NCBI RefSeq assembly: GCF_046119375.1
Contig: NW_027362763.1
Span: forward strand, 767,250,001 to 767,314,000
Direction of reading: 5' to 3'
DNA: 64,000 bases
Source of the DNA: Phyllobates terribilis
Taxonomy: Eukaryota
Below are positions 13,961 to 27,096 of the stretch, piece after piece. Each line of letters begins with the position of its first letter. Within the stretch, counting starts at the first letter, position 1. A program made the position numbers and the translations under genes. The notes below the pieces were generated by a model, which was not told the DNA's origin, did no database searches, and saw only the letters and a list, made by a program, of their open reading frames with translations.

Positions 13961-14735
13961 GCCATCATATTCCGTAGCTTTTAACAGACATTATCATCGT
14001 CATCATCCCCATTGGGGCTCACAATCGAAATTCTGTATGTGTTTGGAGTGTGGGAGGAAACCGGAATGGATACACTTGAATAAATTAGACAATTTCAGAA
14101 CATTTCATGGAACTGTTAACATTTGCATGAAATTCTGACGTTCATCATCAGCCCGGGAGATTCACTTGTGAATTACATGCAGCGAAACCATGAGGCATCA
14201 ATTCTGCCAAATTCCATGAATTCCCTTTTGTAATGTTCCAAAAAAAGGACAATAGTCATTATCAGCCCATGAGAAAGAATTGTTACTAATTGTCAGACAA
14301 CTAAAAATAAATGATTTTTGGACAAAAAGGAGAAGTAAAAGGTCACGTAAAACTGCAGAATCATTCTGTGTGTGGACATTTATTAATATTAGCTCATTTT
14401 ATGACTCCTAAATCATAAGACCTCCGCCTGTACGATCTACATGGTTTCCAAGGGGATGAAGAAGACTCTAAACATTGACTTTTTTTTTTAACCTCTTCAG
14501 TTATGTTTTTTTCTTCTTTATTTATTTTACCTCTTACAATGCTGAAAATGGGACAAACAGCTATATTGGGTATACCGAAAAAAAAAAACGAAAAAAGAAA
14601 AAATACAAAACAAATCATTGACATGTTAACTGTATTTTTGGGTCAGTACTATTACGGCTACACCAAAAACTTAAATTTATTATTATGTTACCTATAGTAT
14701 AATCCAGTGGTGGCCAGCACAACATTGTGAGGTCC

Positions 14736-15716
14736 CAGTGTTGCCAACTTGACATTTTAATTTTTTTCTGGACCAAAAAAAAAAAAAGTCACAGACAGAC
14801 AAAAAAAAAAATTTATGGACACATTGGAAAACCATAATAAATCATTATTATAAGTGATCCATAATTCTGGTATGAAGACATCATCTGCATTCACTGTAAA
14901 CTGTAAAATGCGGATAGTTTGATCTCCCGGGCTAGGGGCTCCTTCCCTGTCCCTAAAGCTAGGGGTGCCATAGCTATCCCTGCTCTCCAGATTACTTCTG
15001 ATGGTGAAGATGCCGGGGCCACATACCTTGCTGTGCTCCTGAATCATTCCTTATCTGTCCCCTCCCCCACCGAGGGAAGTGGGGAGTAGTTGTACATAGG
15101 AATACACCAATCAGACTAACAAGGGTAGACGTTCAGGGATAAATGAAAATGCCAATCATACAAATATGCACTCACAAACCGAGTGGAACACCAGGAAGTA
15201 AAAGGAAAGAACAACAAAATAGGAGAGGATGAGGATATGCAAACAGACAAACCACCAAGCAACAGTCTTTAGATCAACACTCTAAACGCCTCCTCAACAA
15301 ACGCCACCAACTCCACAGGCAGTATAAAACTAACACTGGCATCCCTAATAGACAGAGGCAAGTATATATAGGAGAGGGGGGTGGCCAACACTGAACAGCT
15401 GAAACCATCAATGTTGGAAAGCTCTAGAAGCTCTCAACTGAACAATTTAACCCCTGCACTGCTAGAAGAAATCTGCACCGTTTAATATGATGGTGAAGTG
15501 CTTCTAATCAGTGCAGGAGTACGGGAAATCGGGTGCTGCTGTCTTCTGGCACCTCTCTGTCTCGATAAACCCGTGACAATGATGATAATTACAGTCAAAA
15601 TGATCTGTAAAAGTTTCTTCAACTTCAAAAAAATCACGGATGTCTTAAATCTTTTTTCACGGACAAAAAAGTGCCCTATTTTTACAGACTGGAATTTCTG
15701 GACGGTTGGCAACCTG
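14736..15716. mobile_element. hAT-type non-autonomous element
   Basis: Termini CAGTGTTGCCAAC and GTTGGCAACCTG. 8-bp flanks TGAGGTCC (14728-14735) and TGAAGTCC (15717-15724) match 7/8. Confidence 0.65.
14902..15578. mobile_element. Possible solo LTR nested in the hAT element
   Basis: TG...CA ends (TGTAAAATG...CCCGTGACA) and a composition shift. No clean TSD found. Confidence 0.35.
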
Positions 15717-16011
15717 TGAAGTCCTTAATATCTGTCCTCAAGGCCATTGAATGAACATATGTCAATCTCAGCAAGGACTGAGCATATAAAGAAGACACAC
15801 ATATGACTTTTTTCAATATGCAATTAAAACTTTTTTGCTCCATTCCCCTAGCAGTGTAAATGTCAACATAGATATAATTACATCTGATTCCTCAAAACTA
15901 ACAGCTTTCCTAGTAATTTGGTGTGGCCAGAACTACTGCCAGATTAACTTTTCCTGAGTTCTGACTTTCCGTTTGTCTGTTGTGATTTTAGAAAAAAATA
16001 AACAGAATTAA

Positions 16012-16403
16012 AAGGGAATCTGTCAGTAGGATTTTGCCATGTAATCTGAAGACAGCAGGATATACAGGCTGAAACACAGAATTCAGGGATGTGTCACTTG
16101 TCAAATTGCATGCTGTTTACTAACTGTGAAGGATTTATCACTTAGAGATTAACATTGCAGGACTAGTCCGGCAACGCCCCCTTCTGTGATAAGCAGCTCC
16201 CTGTCTATGGACTTATATACAGAGAGCCTGGTGTGGGCGGGGTTAGCTTTATCAGCTCTGCTTCATTCTAAATCTAAAAGATCTGAGTGTTTAGAACGGC
16301 TGCACCCAATAATCTAAATGATGCATCCTTGGATTCAGCTTCTCTTTACCTACATTATGGTGCTCTCAGAAGAGGTAGCAAAAACCTGCTGACAGTGTCC
16401 CTT
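16012..16403. mobile_element. MITE, TTAA-type
   Basis: AAGGGAATCTGTCAGTAGG...CCTGCTGACAGTGTCCCTT with TTAA-like flanks. Confidence 0.6.
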
Positions 16404-16846
16404 TAAAGCCCAAAACAGATCAGTCCTATAAATAATCCAGACAGAAGCAGAGGGATCCCACTTATTATTATGGGGTTGGATCTGGGTTCTATTTTTGAGG
16501 ATGGGGAAAGAAAAAAAAAAAAAAAGTTCTGCATGATGCACTTTTTCTTCTTTTCTAAAAACAGACATGACAGGACCTTAAATATTACAAGGAGGCAGCA
16601 CTCCAAGCTCACAAACAAATGTAACTCATCAGATATGGACAAGAATTCCATTTTTCTGTTGAAAAAAAAAAAAGTGAGTGACGTCCTCTTTTCTGAAAAG
16701 TCAATTTTGGAAAATACTTATAATTTTCAAAAGATGATAAATATTTTTCCTCCTAGAAAAGTATGAATAAATTGACAGCTGGGCGTTACCAGTTTTCAGT
16801 GTGTCCCTGCACAATCTGACGCTGTCCAGCCAGTGCTCGGACTATC

Positions 16847-17042
16847 AGGCCACGTTCACAAGTTGAGTATTTGGTCAGTATTTTCCCTCAGTATTTGTAA
16901 GCTAAAATCAGAAGTGGAACAATCAGAGGAAATGTACGATAGAAACCCATCACCACTTCTGTATTTATCACCCACTCCACTATTTGTAAGCCAAAACCAG
17001 AAGTAAAATACTGACCAAATACTGAACGTGTGAACGTGGCCT
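16847..17042. mobile_element. Short palindromic MITE
   Basis: AGGCCACGTTCACA...GTATTTGGTCAGTATTT is mirrored by AAATACTGACCAAATAC...TGTGAACGTGGCCT. Confidence 0.7.
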
Positions 17043-18202
17043 CAGATTGTAGAGACACAACCATTTGACAAGGGGAGTAGCAACACCAAGTGGTCAATGG
17101 AGTAACAGAGGAACACCACAATGAGTAAAGGCTCATGCTGACATCCGTGGATCTGGCCCGGGTCTCCCGAATGGAGCATGACAACTTCACATACTACTAC
17201 GAGGCCGTCACACTCGAGTCGGGAGACCCAGACCCGCGGCCAGTCAGCGCAATGCAGTCTGTGAACAGACAGAGATCCATGCACGTCTGCTTGAGCCCTT
17301 ATGAGAAAAGATAATCCAGAATTGTATCTATTAAAGCAGACAAGTCAGGAGAGTGGACCAGACATGATCTATGAGGCGTTTTCATGTTTTTCCACATTGG
17401 TGGTGTTTTCCATTAGTAGTTGATATTACACCCCCTGGTTTTTCTGCTGCCCCCTCCCCAATGATTTGCTGGCACATTACAGGACACAATGGATCGGCGC
17501 TGTGCACAAGAGGCTCATTTATGAAGCCAAAGCTATTCACTATTTACAGGCCCTTGTAAAACATGCCTTATAAAAACATGCTTCATTTGCTTGGAAATGC
17601 CCTGGAACGGGCAGCAGTCACATATATCCAGAGTGTTTAGGCCTCGCAATAAGAGGAGCGTGGTTATAGGGTCTGTATGTCACCGCGTGAAATAATCCGG
17701 CTGTATGGTGGTTACAGTCCGTGCAGATTGTTCACCACAGGAGCATGACGAAGTTAAATCCATCATATATCATTATAGACACAGAAAAGGAAATTTCCCC
17801 ATTCCCCATCTCTGAAATAAAGAGGTGGCCTTCTGTACTCATGGACACTAGTTGTATAGACCGGTTGTATGGCACCCTATAGAAATCTATGGGTTCATGC
17901 TGTCCCTATGATTTTATACATAGGCATTCAAAAATTCACTCTCATGGATTCAGAAGTCGCCATAAATATTTTTCAGGAGAGTAAAACTTTATTTTTCTAC
18001 ATTAATTCCTAAGCTGCAAGCAAAGGAAAAAAAAAACAACTTTCTCCCCTCATTTTTTTATTTTATAATACATTACACTGAAAAAGACAGCGCAGTGGTT
18101 GTGACAGCACACAGAGCAAACCCCGCCAGAGCCATCATTACTTCTATTGCACAGTTCTCATCCAGCAAGAAAGTGAGAATGGAGGGACGCCCCAGTGTCA
18201 TT

Positions 18203-18540
18203 GGCGACTCGACCACGCCAGACACCCCGGCGATTCGGCCATGCCAGACACCCCAGTACCCCCGGCAACGCAGCCATGCCAGACACCCCAGTGCCCCCCG
18301 GCCATGCCAGACACCCCAGTGCCCCCGGCAACGCGGCCATGCCAGACACCCCAGTGCCCCCGGCAACGCGGCCATGCCAGACACCCCAGTGCCCCCGGCA
18401 ACGCGGCCATGCCAGACACCCCAGTGTCCCCGGCAACGCGGCCATGCCAGACACCCCAGTGTCCCCGGCAACGCGGACATGCCAGACACCCCAGTGCCCC
18501 CCGGCGACTCGGCCTTGCCAGATACCCCAGTGTCCCCAGC
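18203..18540. repeat. GC-rich 35-bp minisatellite, about 9-10 copies
   Basis: Unit GCCATGCCAGACACCCCAGTGCCCCCGGCAACGCG, with period read at 18301/18336. Confidence 0.9.
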
Positions 18541-19600
18541 AACAAAAAGGTAGAAGAAAAGGAAAAACAGCCCAATAACTGTGGCACAGATGCCACTCCT
18601 GGTCCAGGAATCCCACCTTGACTTGGTGTAGAATGACGCACACATGATGATCCATTTTCTCAGGGTAGAAGTCCAACTTTATTAAATACTCAGTTAAAAA
18701 AGAAATCTGAAGATCCACATCTGATCCTTACCAAGCTGTCCAGATTATACTTTACTCCGGATGCGTATGGCCAGCTTAGGAACTTTTCAATTTACATATC
18801 AGTAGGGAAACATACAAGGTCTGATAATGGCGGAGCAGAAGAAAAGCATGCAGAAAAAAAACTGCTCTACTTTCAGGGAGCCTGGGGAAATTAAAGAATG
18901 GGGCGGTTTTACTTTATATTCACCATCTCAACCTGCCAGTACACATGCATGCTAAAATTGGCCAAGTGTGCATGTATTTAGAATGGGGGCAAGGGAACAA
19001 GTGGCTGAAAGAAAAATGTGTTTGAGGCTTAAAGGACAAGGCATGTAGACATTCAAGATGTCCGATCCTTCTTTCCCTTGATATCTGCTTTCTAGGGAGA
19101 GTGCGGACACCTCATACACATCAGTTTACCGATCCGGCTGATATTGTCACATTTAGTCAATGTTGATCAATACATATGGCCACCTCAAGTCTGTCCTGAA
19201 ATCATCCAATATCATACAGACGTGAGTATTCTGATCTGTGAGTACTTCCCGCCCTGTCTTCTGACAACACTCAGACATCACATACAACCCCTGGCAAAAA
19301 TTATGGAATCACCAGGCTCGGAGGATGTTCATTCAGTTGTTTAATGTTGTTGAAAAAAGCAGATCACAGACATGGCACAAAACTAAAGTCATTTCAAATG
19401 GCAACTTTAGGGCTTTAAGAAACACTGAAAGAAATCAAGATTAAAAATGAGGTACTCAGTAAGGGTAATTTTTTGAGACCAAGCAGAGGGAAAAAAAATA
19501 TGGAATCACTCAATTCTGAGGAAAAAATTATGGAATCACCCTGTAAATTTTCATTTTCAAAACTAACACCTGCATCAAATTAGATCTGCTCGTTAGTCTG

Positions 19601-20670
19601 TGACGCACCCCTGGGCCTTCGTCGCGCGGCATCGCGCGCACGGGAGCTTACCCGGAGCCGGATCTGTTGAGGGTTGTAGTCTTGTGGCGGTGACCCGGTC
19701 CGTGCCCAGGGAGTCAAACTGAGCGGCGATGTATCAGCGGTAGATGTTGGATGACTACGCCACCCGTTGAATGCAGCTTTGGAGCTGCCGCTGCAGAGCA
19801 GACCGCTGAGGCCGGTGGAAGGATGGTGCAGCGGGGATGGTATAACCCCCAACGGGAGGGGTATGGCCTCAGGGCAGCCGACGTGGATGATGGGGGTAGC
19901 AGGAACCACTCGGAGACGGTACGGTGTAGTTCAGGGTCTTTACTGGTGACAAAGATAGACCCTCCCGGAGTACTGGCTAGCGATTGGGGCCTGGTCAGTC
20001 CTTGAGCAGATGGGATCTCCCCTGGCCAGGCGGAGTTGTAGGCCTCCCAAACTAACTGTACTCTTCTGGCTACCTTGCTAGAGGCGGGTATAAGTAGCCC
20101 ACGTCCCTGAGTGTACTGTGTGGTGCTCACCCGTATGGCCGGTGACTCGGGGCCTTCTAGTAGCTTCCGCTCCACGACGGCGGTGCTGGTCCCATGCGTG
20201 TGACCGTGCCTTCGGGTTTCTTGGCCAGAGGACCTGAAATCCCCTGCCTGATGGATTCTGCTGCTGGGTAGGAGTTAGTCCCCACAGCCTCGGACTCCGG
20301 GTCCGGTAAGAAATCTTCTCAGTCAGGGCGAGCTCTGCAGCTGCCAGCCCCTGACTCCTTGTAACACTGCTCCCACAGAGCTCCTGTTGTTTCTTCCCAT
20401 AGCTGCTTCTCTTCTCTGTCTCTACTTCTGGCATGGCCCAGGAGCTGGGCCCAGCCGGAGCCACAGCTCCCTATCAGCCCTCCTGGCTGAACTCTCCCTC
20501 TGAACTCCCTAACCCTGCCTCAGCCCCAGGTTTATATAGGGGAAGTTCTTCCCCTCCCAGGACTGGGCAGGAGGTGTGGCATGCATAGGATTCCTGACCA
20601 AGAGACCTCCCACCTGCTCTCAGACATAACATTGTTGTTACTGTGGAAACCAGACCCCTGGGGTGCCACA
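19601..20670 (-). mobile_element. Solo LTR nested in the Tc1 5' region
   Basis: TG...CA ends with short inverted termini and a TCTG duplication (19597-19600 and 20671-20674). Minus-strand TATA near 20535 and AGTAAA near 19940. Confidence 0.7.
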
Positions 20671-21420
20671 TCTGCATCTAAAAAGGAGTGATCACACATT
20701 GGAGAGCTGTTGCACCAAGTGGACTGACATGAATCATGGCTCCAACACGAGAGATGTCAATTGAAATAAAGGAAAGGATTATCAAACTCTTATAAGAAGG
20801 TAAATCATCAAGCAATGTTGCAAAAGATCTTGGTTGTTCACAGTCAGCTGTGTCTAAAATCTGGACCAAATACAAACAACATGGGAAGGTTGTTAAAGGC
20901 AGACATACTGGTAGACCAAGGAAGATATCAAAGCGTCAAGACCGGAAACTTAAAGCAATATGTCTCCAAAACAGGAAATGCACAAAACAAATGAGGAATG
21001 AATGGGAGGAAACTGGAGTCAATGTCTGTGACCGAACTGTAAGAAACCGCCTAAAGGAAATGGGATTTACATACAGAAAATCTAAACATAAGCCATCATT
21101 AACATCTAAACAGAAAAAAACAAGGTTACAATGGGCTAAGGAAAAGCAATCGTGGACTGTGGATGACTGGATGAAAGTCATATTCAGTGAGGAATCGTGA
21201 ATCTGCATTGGGCAAGGTGATGATGCTGGAACTTTTGTTTGGTGCCGTTCCAATGAGATTTATAAAGATGACTGCATGAAGAGAATATGCAAATTTCCAC
21301 AGTCATTGATGATAATGGGCTGCATGTCAGGTAAAGGCACTGGGGAGATGGCTGACATTACATCTTCAATAAATGCCCAAGTTTACATTGATATTTTGGA
21401 CAGTTTTCTTATCCCATCAA

Positions 21421-24318
21421 TAGTGTTGAGCATTCCGATACTGAAATATCGGGTATCGGCCGATATTCGCGGTATCGGAATTTCGATACTTAATTCCGAT
21501 ACTTTTACAATATCGAATACCGGAATCGGAAGTTCCCATAATGCCTGCGCTCTGCAGTGTCTCTGAAGGATGACAAGCTGGATGGCAGCGCTCAGCTGCG
21601 ATCCAGCCTGTCATCAGAATGCCATCCCAGCGTGAGAGAATTCTCCTGATTGTTTAAAAGCCAGCGGGCGGTAAAAAGCCGCCGGCTTTTAAACAATCAC
21701 ACAGCCCCATATTGCTTCCCCGCAGCCTCCCACCCCGATCCTCCGCTCCCCCCATCCTGATCGTAAATTAGGACTGGGCGGGGAGCGCAGCACCAAGGAG
21801 CGGGGAGCGAAGGACCCGGGCTGGGGAAGCCAGCAGTGAAAAGACTTCACCGCCGGCTTTCCCGTTCTGTGCTGCGCTTTCCTGCCGGTTATTTCAAATG
21901 AACAGCTGAGGTATCAGGTGATGCTGATCAGCTTTTCATTTGAAGTAGCCGCGGTGCCCTCGGAGGGTTCATGTGAGTTCATGCTCGACTGCATTGCATG
22001 AACTCACATGAACTTTCCCACGGCCGCACAGGTCAGCCTCACCTCCCAGACCATCAGCCCGTCATGATTAGTGTGTGCGCGATGTCTGCGGGTGTGTGCG
22101 GTGTCTGTGCGATGTCTGCGGGTGTGTGCGGTGTCTGTGCGATGTCTGCGGGTGTGTGCGCTGTGTCTGTGCGATGTCTGCGGGTGTGTGCGCTGTGTCT
22201 GTGCGATGTCTGCGAGTGTGTGCGCTGTGTCTGTGCGATGTCTGCGAGTGTGTGCGCTGTGCGCTGTGTCTGTGCGATGTCTGCGAGTGTGTGCGCTGTG
22301 TCTGTGCGATGTCTGCGAGTGTGTGCGTGCAGGCAGGCAGTCCGATATGACACTACTACTCCCATCGGCCTATGTCTGTCCCCCGTCCACTCGTGCCAGC
22401 AGGATCAGCTCGATGGGAGCAGTAGTTCCCAGCAGCCTGATCCTGCTATTTAAATTCCCCTACTGTGTCCCCAATAAATTTTAAATACATTTCATTGGTG
22501 GCCAGTGGATACCTAAAATAAATTAGTTTATACATTACCTGTCCCCGCCGATCGCCACCTAAAATAAAGTAAAAAATAAAAAACTACACCTATACTCACC
22601 TAGACACCTAATTCCCCGAAGCCATCGATCTCCTGTAATAAAATATAAAATAATAAACCACAACCTTATCCTTACCCCTCCGTAGTAGTCCAAGAGTATC
22701 CCACGATGATCTCCAGTTTAGAGCAGCCACATAGAATGTGACCGCTCTGAACCGCTGCCGCCGCTAGAATGATGGGGCCGTAAAGCAACCCCGTCATTGC
22801 ATAAGCGGGTTCGCCGGAGTTCAGGCAGCGCTGCTCCGGTTAGCTCCTTTACGGCCCCGCTGTATCGTGAGAAATTCCCACGGCACAGCAGTGCCGTAAA
22901 GGAGGTCTCCGGAGCTGCGCTGCCTGAATGCACTCCGGTGACCTCAGTCAGTGGCTCCCGCTGCCGGGAGCGGACGTGTTCCCGGCAGTGTGAGCTTACA
23001 GCAGCCATGCACAGCTGTCACCATCTCCAGATGTGACAGCTGTGCATGGGAGATCAGCGCAGGAACGTGGACAGGTAACTATTTTTTTTTAGTAAACTAA
23101 GAATTAAAAAAAATGGTGTGTTTTATTTCAAATAAATTATTTTTTTCTGGGTGTAGTGTGTGTTTTCTTTTTAACACTTTGAAGGTTAGTAATGGGGGTG
23201 TCTTATAGACGCCCATCATTACTAACCTGGGCTTCATGGCAGCTGGCGCTGACATGAACCCCACCACTATTACCCCCTGCCACCGCACCAGGGCAGCGTG
23301 GAAGAGCGAGGCTAAGTGCCAGAATTGGCGCATCCTATGAATGCGCCATTTCTGGGGCGGCTGACGGCTGGTGTTTCTAGCCTGGGAGGGGGCCAATATT
23401 CATGGCACCCTTCCTGGACTATTAATATCAGCCCCCAGCTGTCTGCCTAGCCTTTGCTAGCTATTAAAATAGGGGGGACCCCACGTCATTTTTTGGGGGG
23501 GGTCCCCCATTTTAATAGCTAGTAAAGGCTAGGTATTCAGCTGGGGGCTGATGTTAGTAGTCTGGGAAGCTCCGTGGGTATTACCCCCTTCCCAGGCTTT
23601 AAACATCTGCCCCAGCCGTCTGCTTAACCTCCGCTAGAGACTAAAATTATGGGGGATCCCACGCCAATTTTTTTTTAAATAAATCCTTTATTTTAACACT
23701 AAATGACATTTGAGGAGTTAATAAAGATGCAGTCCCTAAATTAATATTTATTTTTTAATTAATTTTTCCCAAAAATTTTGACGTGGGCTTTGCCATATTT
23801 TTGTATGCCAGCCAGGTACATCATCCAGCTTCTATGAACGTGCCATTTTCCGGGGTGGCTGCGGACTGCAATTTGCAGCGGGGGGGGGGGGGGGCAGAAA
23901 GCTTGGGCCTCCCAGCGCTGCGGATTGCATCCCCCAGCTGCCTAGTTGTACCTGGCTGGACACAAAAATAGGGAGAAGCCCCACGTATTTTTTTTTTTTT
24001 TAATTATTTCATGAAATTCATGAAATAATAAAGAAAAAAAAGGGCTTCCCTATATTGTTGTGTCCGGCCAGGTACAAATAGGCAGCTGGTGGTTGGGGGC
24101 AGCCCGTTCCTGCCTGCTGTACCTGGCTGGACACAAATATAGTGCGAAGCCCCACATCAATTTTTAATTATTTCAGGAAATTCATTAAATAATTTAAAAA
24201 AAATTGATGTGGGGCTTCGCCCTATATTTGTGTCCAGCCAGGTACAGCAGGCAGGAACGGGCTGCCCCCAACCACCAGCTGCCTATTTGTACCTGGTTGG
24301 ACACAATAATATAGGGAA

Positions 24319-24355
<37 letters not shown>

Positions 24356-25750
24356 ATTTCATGAAATAATAAAAAAAAAAAGTACGTGGGGCTTCGCCCT
24401 ATTTTTGTGTCCAGCCAGGTACAACTAGGCAGCTGGGGGCTGGAATCCGCAGCGCAGGGAGGCCCAAGCTTTCGGGGCCCCCCCCGCTGCAAATTGCAGT
24501 CCGCAGCCACCCCGGAAAATGGCGCGTTCATAGAAGCGCCATCTTCTGGCGCTGTACCCAACTTATCCAGGGCCCTGGTGCGGTGGCTCACTGGGTAATA
24601 AAGGGGTTAGGGCCAGCTTGGCATTATCAGCTGGCCCTAAGCCCGAAATTCATGAGGTCACGCCAATATTAGACATGACCGCCATGAATCTCTAGTAAAG
24701 TATTTAAAAAAAACCACAACACCCAGAATAAAGTCCTTTAATTGAAATAAACACACAATTCTTTATTGTTCTAAATTAAACCATACTTACCGTCACACCC
24801 ATTCCAGCTGAAGCCAACGATCTCCTGCAATAAAAGAAAAATAATAAACCAACCTCATCCTTACCTTCCCATGGATCCCACGACAGCTTCAGCTCTGCTA
24901 CATCGAGATGACAGGCTGGACCTGCAGAACGCTGCCATCCAGCCTGTCATCCCGCAGACACTGAGAAGCGCAGGCATGCTTGCGCTCCTCAGCGTCAGGC
25001 TGTGACGGCATCCCGATGAGCCGAGTCTCTCACGCTCACCGCATGCGCAGGAGAATTCTCCCACGCTGTCAGTGACGTGCATGAGGTGAGCGGAGTTCCT
25101 TGTCGGCTCATCTGGATGCCGTCACAGCCAGACAGTGAGGAGCGCAAGCATGCCTGCGCTTCTCAGTGTCCGCGGGATGACAGGCTGGATGGCAGCGTTC
25201 TGACATGTTTCTATCTATCTAATCTATGTGTGAAGCTCTATTCTGTCTGTTATAAATTGTCGGGTACAGATGCTGAATTGCCGGCCGGCTTTTTTAAAGA
25301 GACAGTGCATGAAAACACTATTATTTTTTTAAATAAATCCATTACACTAAATGACAAGTACAGTAAGCAACACTGTCACTGTACTTCATATATATGTGAC
25401 TGACATGTTTCTATCTATCTAATCTATGTGTGAAGCTCTATTCTTTCTACTCTAAATTGTCGGGTACCGGTGTATGCCGCTGCTGAATTGCCGGCTTTTC
25501 ATGTTTCACTGTGAGCACTGTTCCAATCGATTTGGGCAACCACCTCCCCCAATACATTCCACATTATTGTTAGTTGCTTTCCTTCATGTAGAATTAACCT
25601 ACAAGGAAAGAAAGGGTTTATTTTCATTCCGATATTTGTGTCCCATTGACTTGCATTGGTTTCCGGTATCGGAATCGGCGATATCCGATACTTTTTGGGT
25701 ATTGGCCCGATCCAATATTTCCTGATATCGGAAGGTATCGCTCAACACTA
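21421..25750. mobile_element. 4.3-kb non-autonomous hAT element inserted in the Tc1 transposase
   Basis: TIR TAGTGTTGAGC/GCTCAACACTA with a perfect 8-bp TSD CCCATCAA (21413-21420 and 25751-25758). Subterminal CCGATAY repeats. No transposase ORF. Confidence 0.85.
22071..22330. repeat. GT-rich 30-32-bp tandem repeat inside the hAT element
   Basis: Repeated GTGTGTGCG(C/G)TGTGTCTGTGCGATGTCTGCG(A/G). Confidence 0.9.
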
Positions 25751-27027
25751 CCCATCAATTGAAAGGATGTTTGGGGATGATGACATCATTTTTCAAGATG
25801 ATAATGCATCCTGCCATAGAGCAAAAACTGTGAAAACATTCCTTGAAAGAAGACACATAAGGTCAATGTCATGGCCTGCAAATAGTCCGGATCTCAATCC
25901 AATTGAAAATCTTTGGTGGAAGTTGAAGAAAATGGTCCATGACAAGGCTCCAACCTGCAAAGCTAATCTGGCAACAGCAATCAGAGAAAGTTGGAGCCAG
26001 ATTGATGAAGAGTACTGTTTGTCACTCATTAAGTCCATGCCTCAGAGACTGCAAGCTGTTATTAAAGCCAGAGGTGGTGCAACAAAATACTAGTGATGTA
26101 TTGGAGTGTTCTTTTGTGTGTTTGTTTTTCATGATTCCATATTTTTTTCCTCAGAATTGAGTGATTCCATAATTTTTTTCCCTCTGCTTGGTCTGAAAAA
26201 AAATTACCCTTACTGAGTACCACATTTTTTATCTTGATTTCTTTTAGTGTTTCTTAAAGCCCTAAAGTTGCCATTTGAAATGACTTTAGTTTTGTGCCAT
26301 GTCTGTGATCTGCTTTTTTTCAACAACATTAAACAACTGAATGAACATCCTCCGAGCCCGGTGATTCCACAATTTTTGCCAGGGGTTGTATAAGTAATAA
26401 TGTGATGGTCATTGTCTGTTCGGGAAACATAGGACCCACTGCACCCAGATCACAAGATCACATAGTAAAATCCGCTGTGAATGCGGCAGTACCACTGCAC
26501 GTGACGTGATGCAACCGCAGCACCACAGTTGTGGAAAGTCCAAACCTGCTGGAAAAGTCAACAGAAAGCAATGTAAAACATATGCGACTGCAAGTCAGAT
26601 TTTTTTTTTTTTAAGTAGCTGTCATGTTTATGTCATAAAATCACACGTCACTGCCAAATTGCACCCAATAATAATTAGGTAACTTTACTGCAAGTTGCAA
26701 GCGGATCTGGAAGCCATGAAGTCCTGGACTAAAAAGAACTAAAATGAGATTCCCTCATACATTAAGGGGCTTTTGTTACAAAATACACATCTTTTACAGT
26801 GCAATAAGTCTATAAAGACCCCGTGATAAAGTCTGAGTACCTTGATCACACTGGGAATAGCAGTTCTGGTTAGTTGCCGTACATTGAAAAGTTTGTGCTC
26901 TGGTATACGGACCGGGAGGCCTTTCCATGACATATTAGTTCAGCATAACCTATAGCTTCTTCTGGTGTAAGGACGCTGCAGTTTCTATTGTGTCAGCTGC
27001 AAAGGAGGCGCCGAAATATGGATAAAC

Positions 27028-27042
27028 ACTGCCATCTAGTGG
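27028..27042 (-). promoter_or_regulatory. CTCF consensus motif
   Basis: Minus strand CCACTAGATGGCAGT matches the core CCASYAGRKGGCRS except at the last position. Confidence 0.5.
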
Positions 27043-27096
27043 ACAGCGTTACGGACCATGCAGACTTATAATACAAGGTACAGGGAAGGACTATAA

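Larger units (their letters stand above)
19285..26388 (+). mobile_element. Tc1 transposon (third subfamily, IR/DR type) with two nested insertions
   Basis: TIRs CAACCCCTGGCAAAAATTATGGAATCAC with TA flanks and internal direct repeats AAAAATTATGGAATCAC. Transposase runs from ATG 20736 to 21420 and resumes at 25759-26093 (FQDDNASCH, SPDLNPIE). In-frame stops are present. Confidence 0.92.

Noticed and set aside
18726-18800. Minus-strand exon-like segment with a GTAAGG donor
   Set aside because: The acceptor is poor, the peptide is unrecognised, and no consistent partner exon was found.
528-26093. An active transposase source in the window
   Set aside because: All Tc1 copies carry stops, frameshifts, deletions or insertions.
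26680-26740. Minus-strand ATGGCTTCC...GCAGTAAAG resembling SLX4IP exon 2 (MAS...AVK)
   Set aside because: The ATG frame hits TAA, the AVK codons are in another frame, and there is no matching GT donor.
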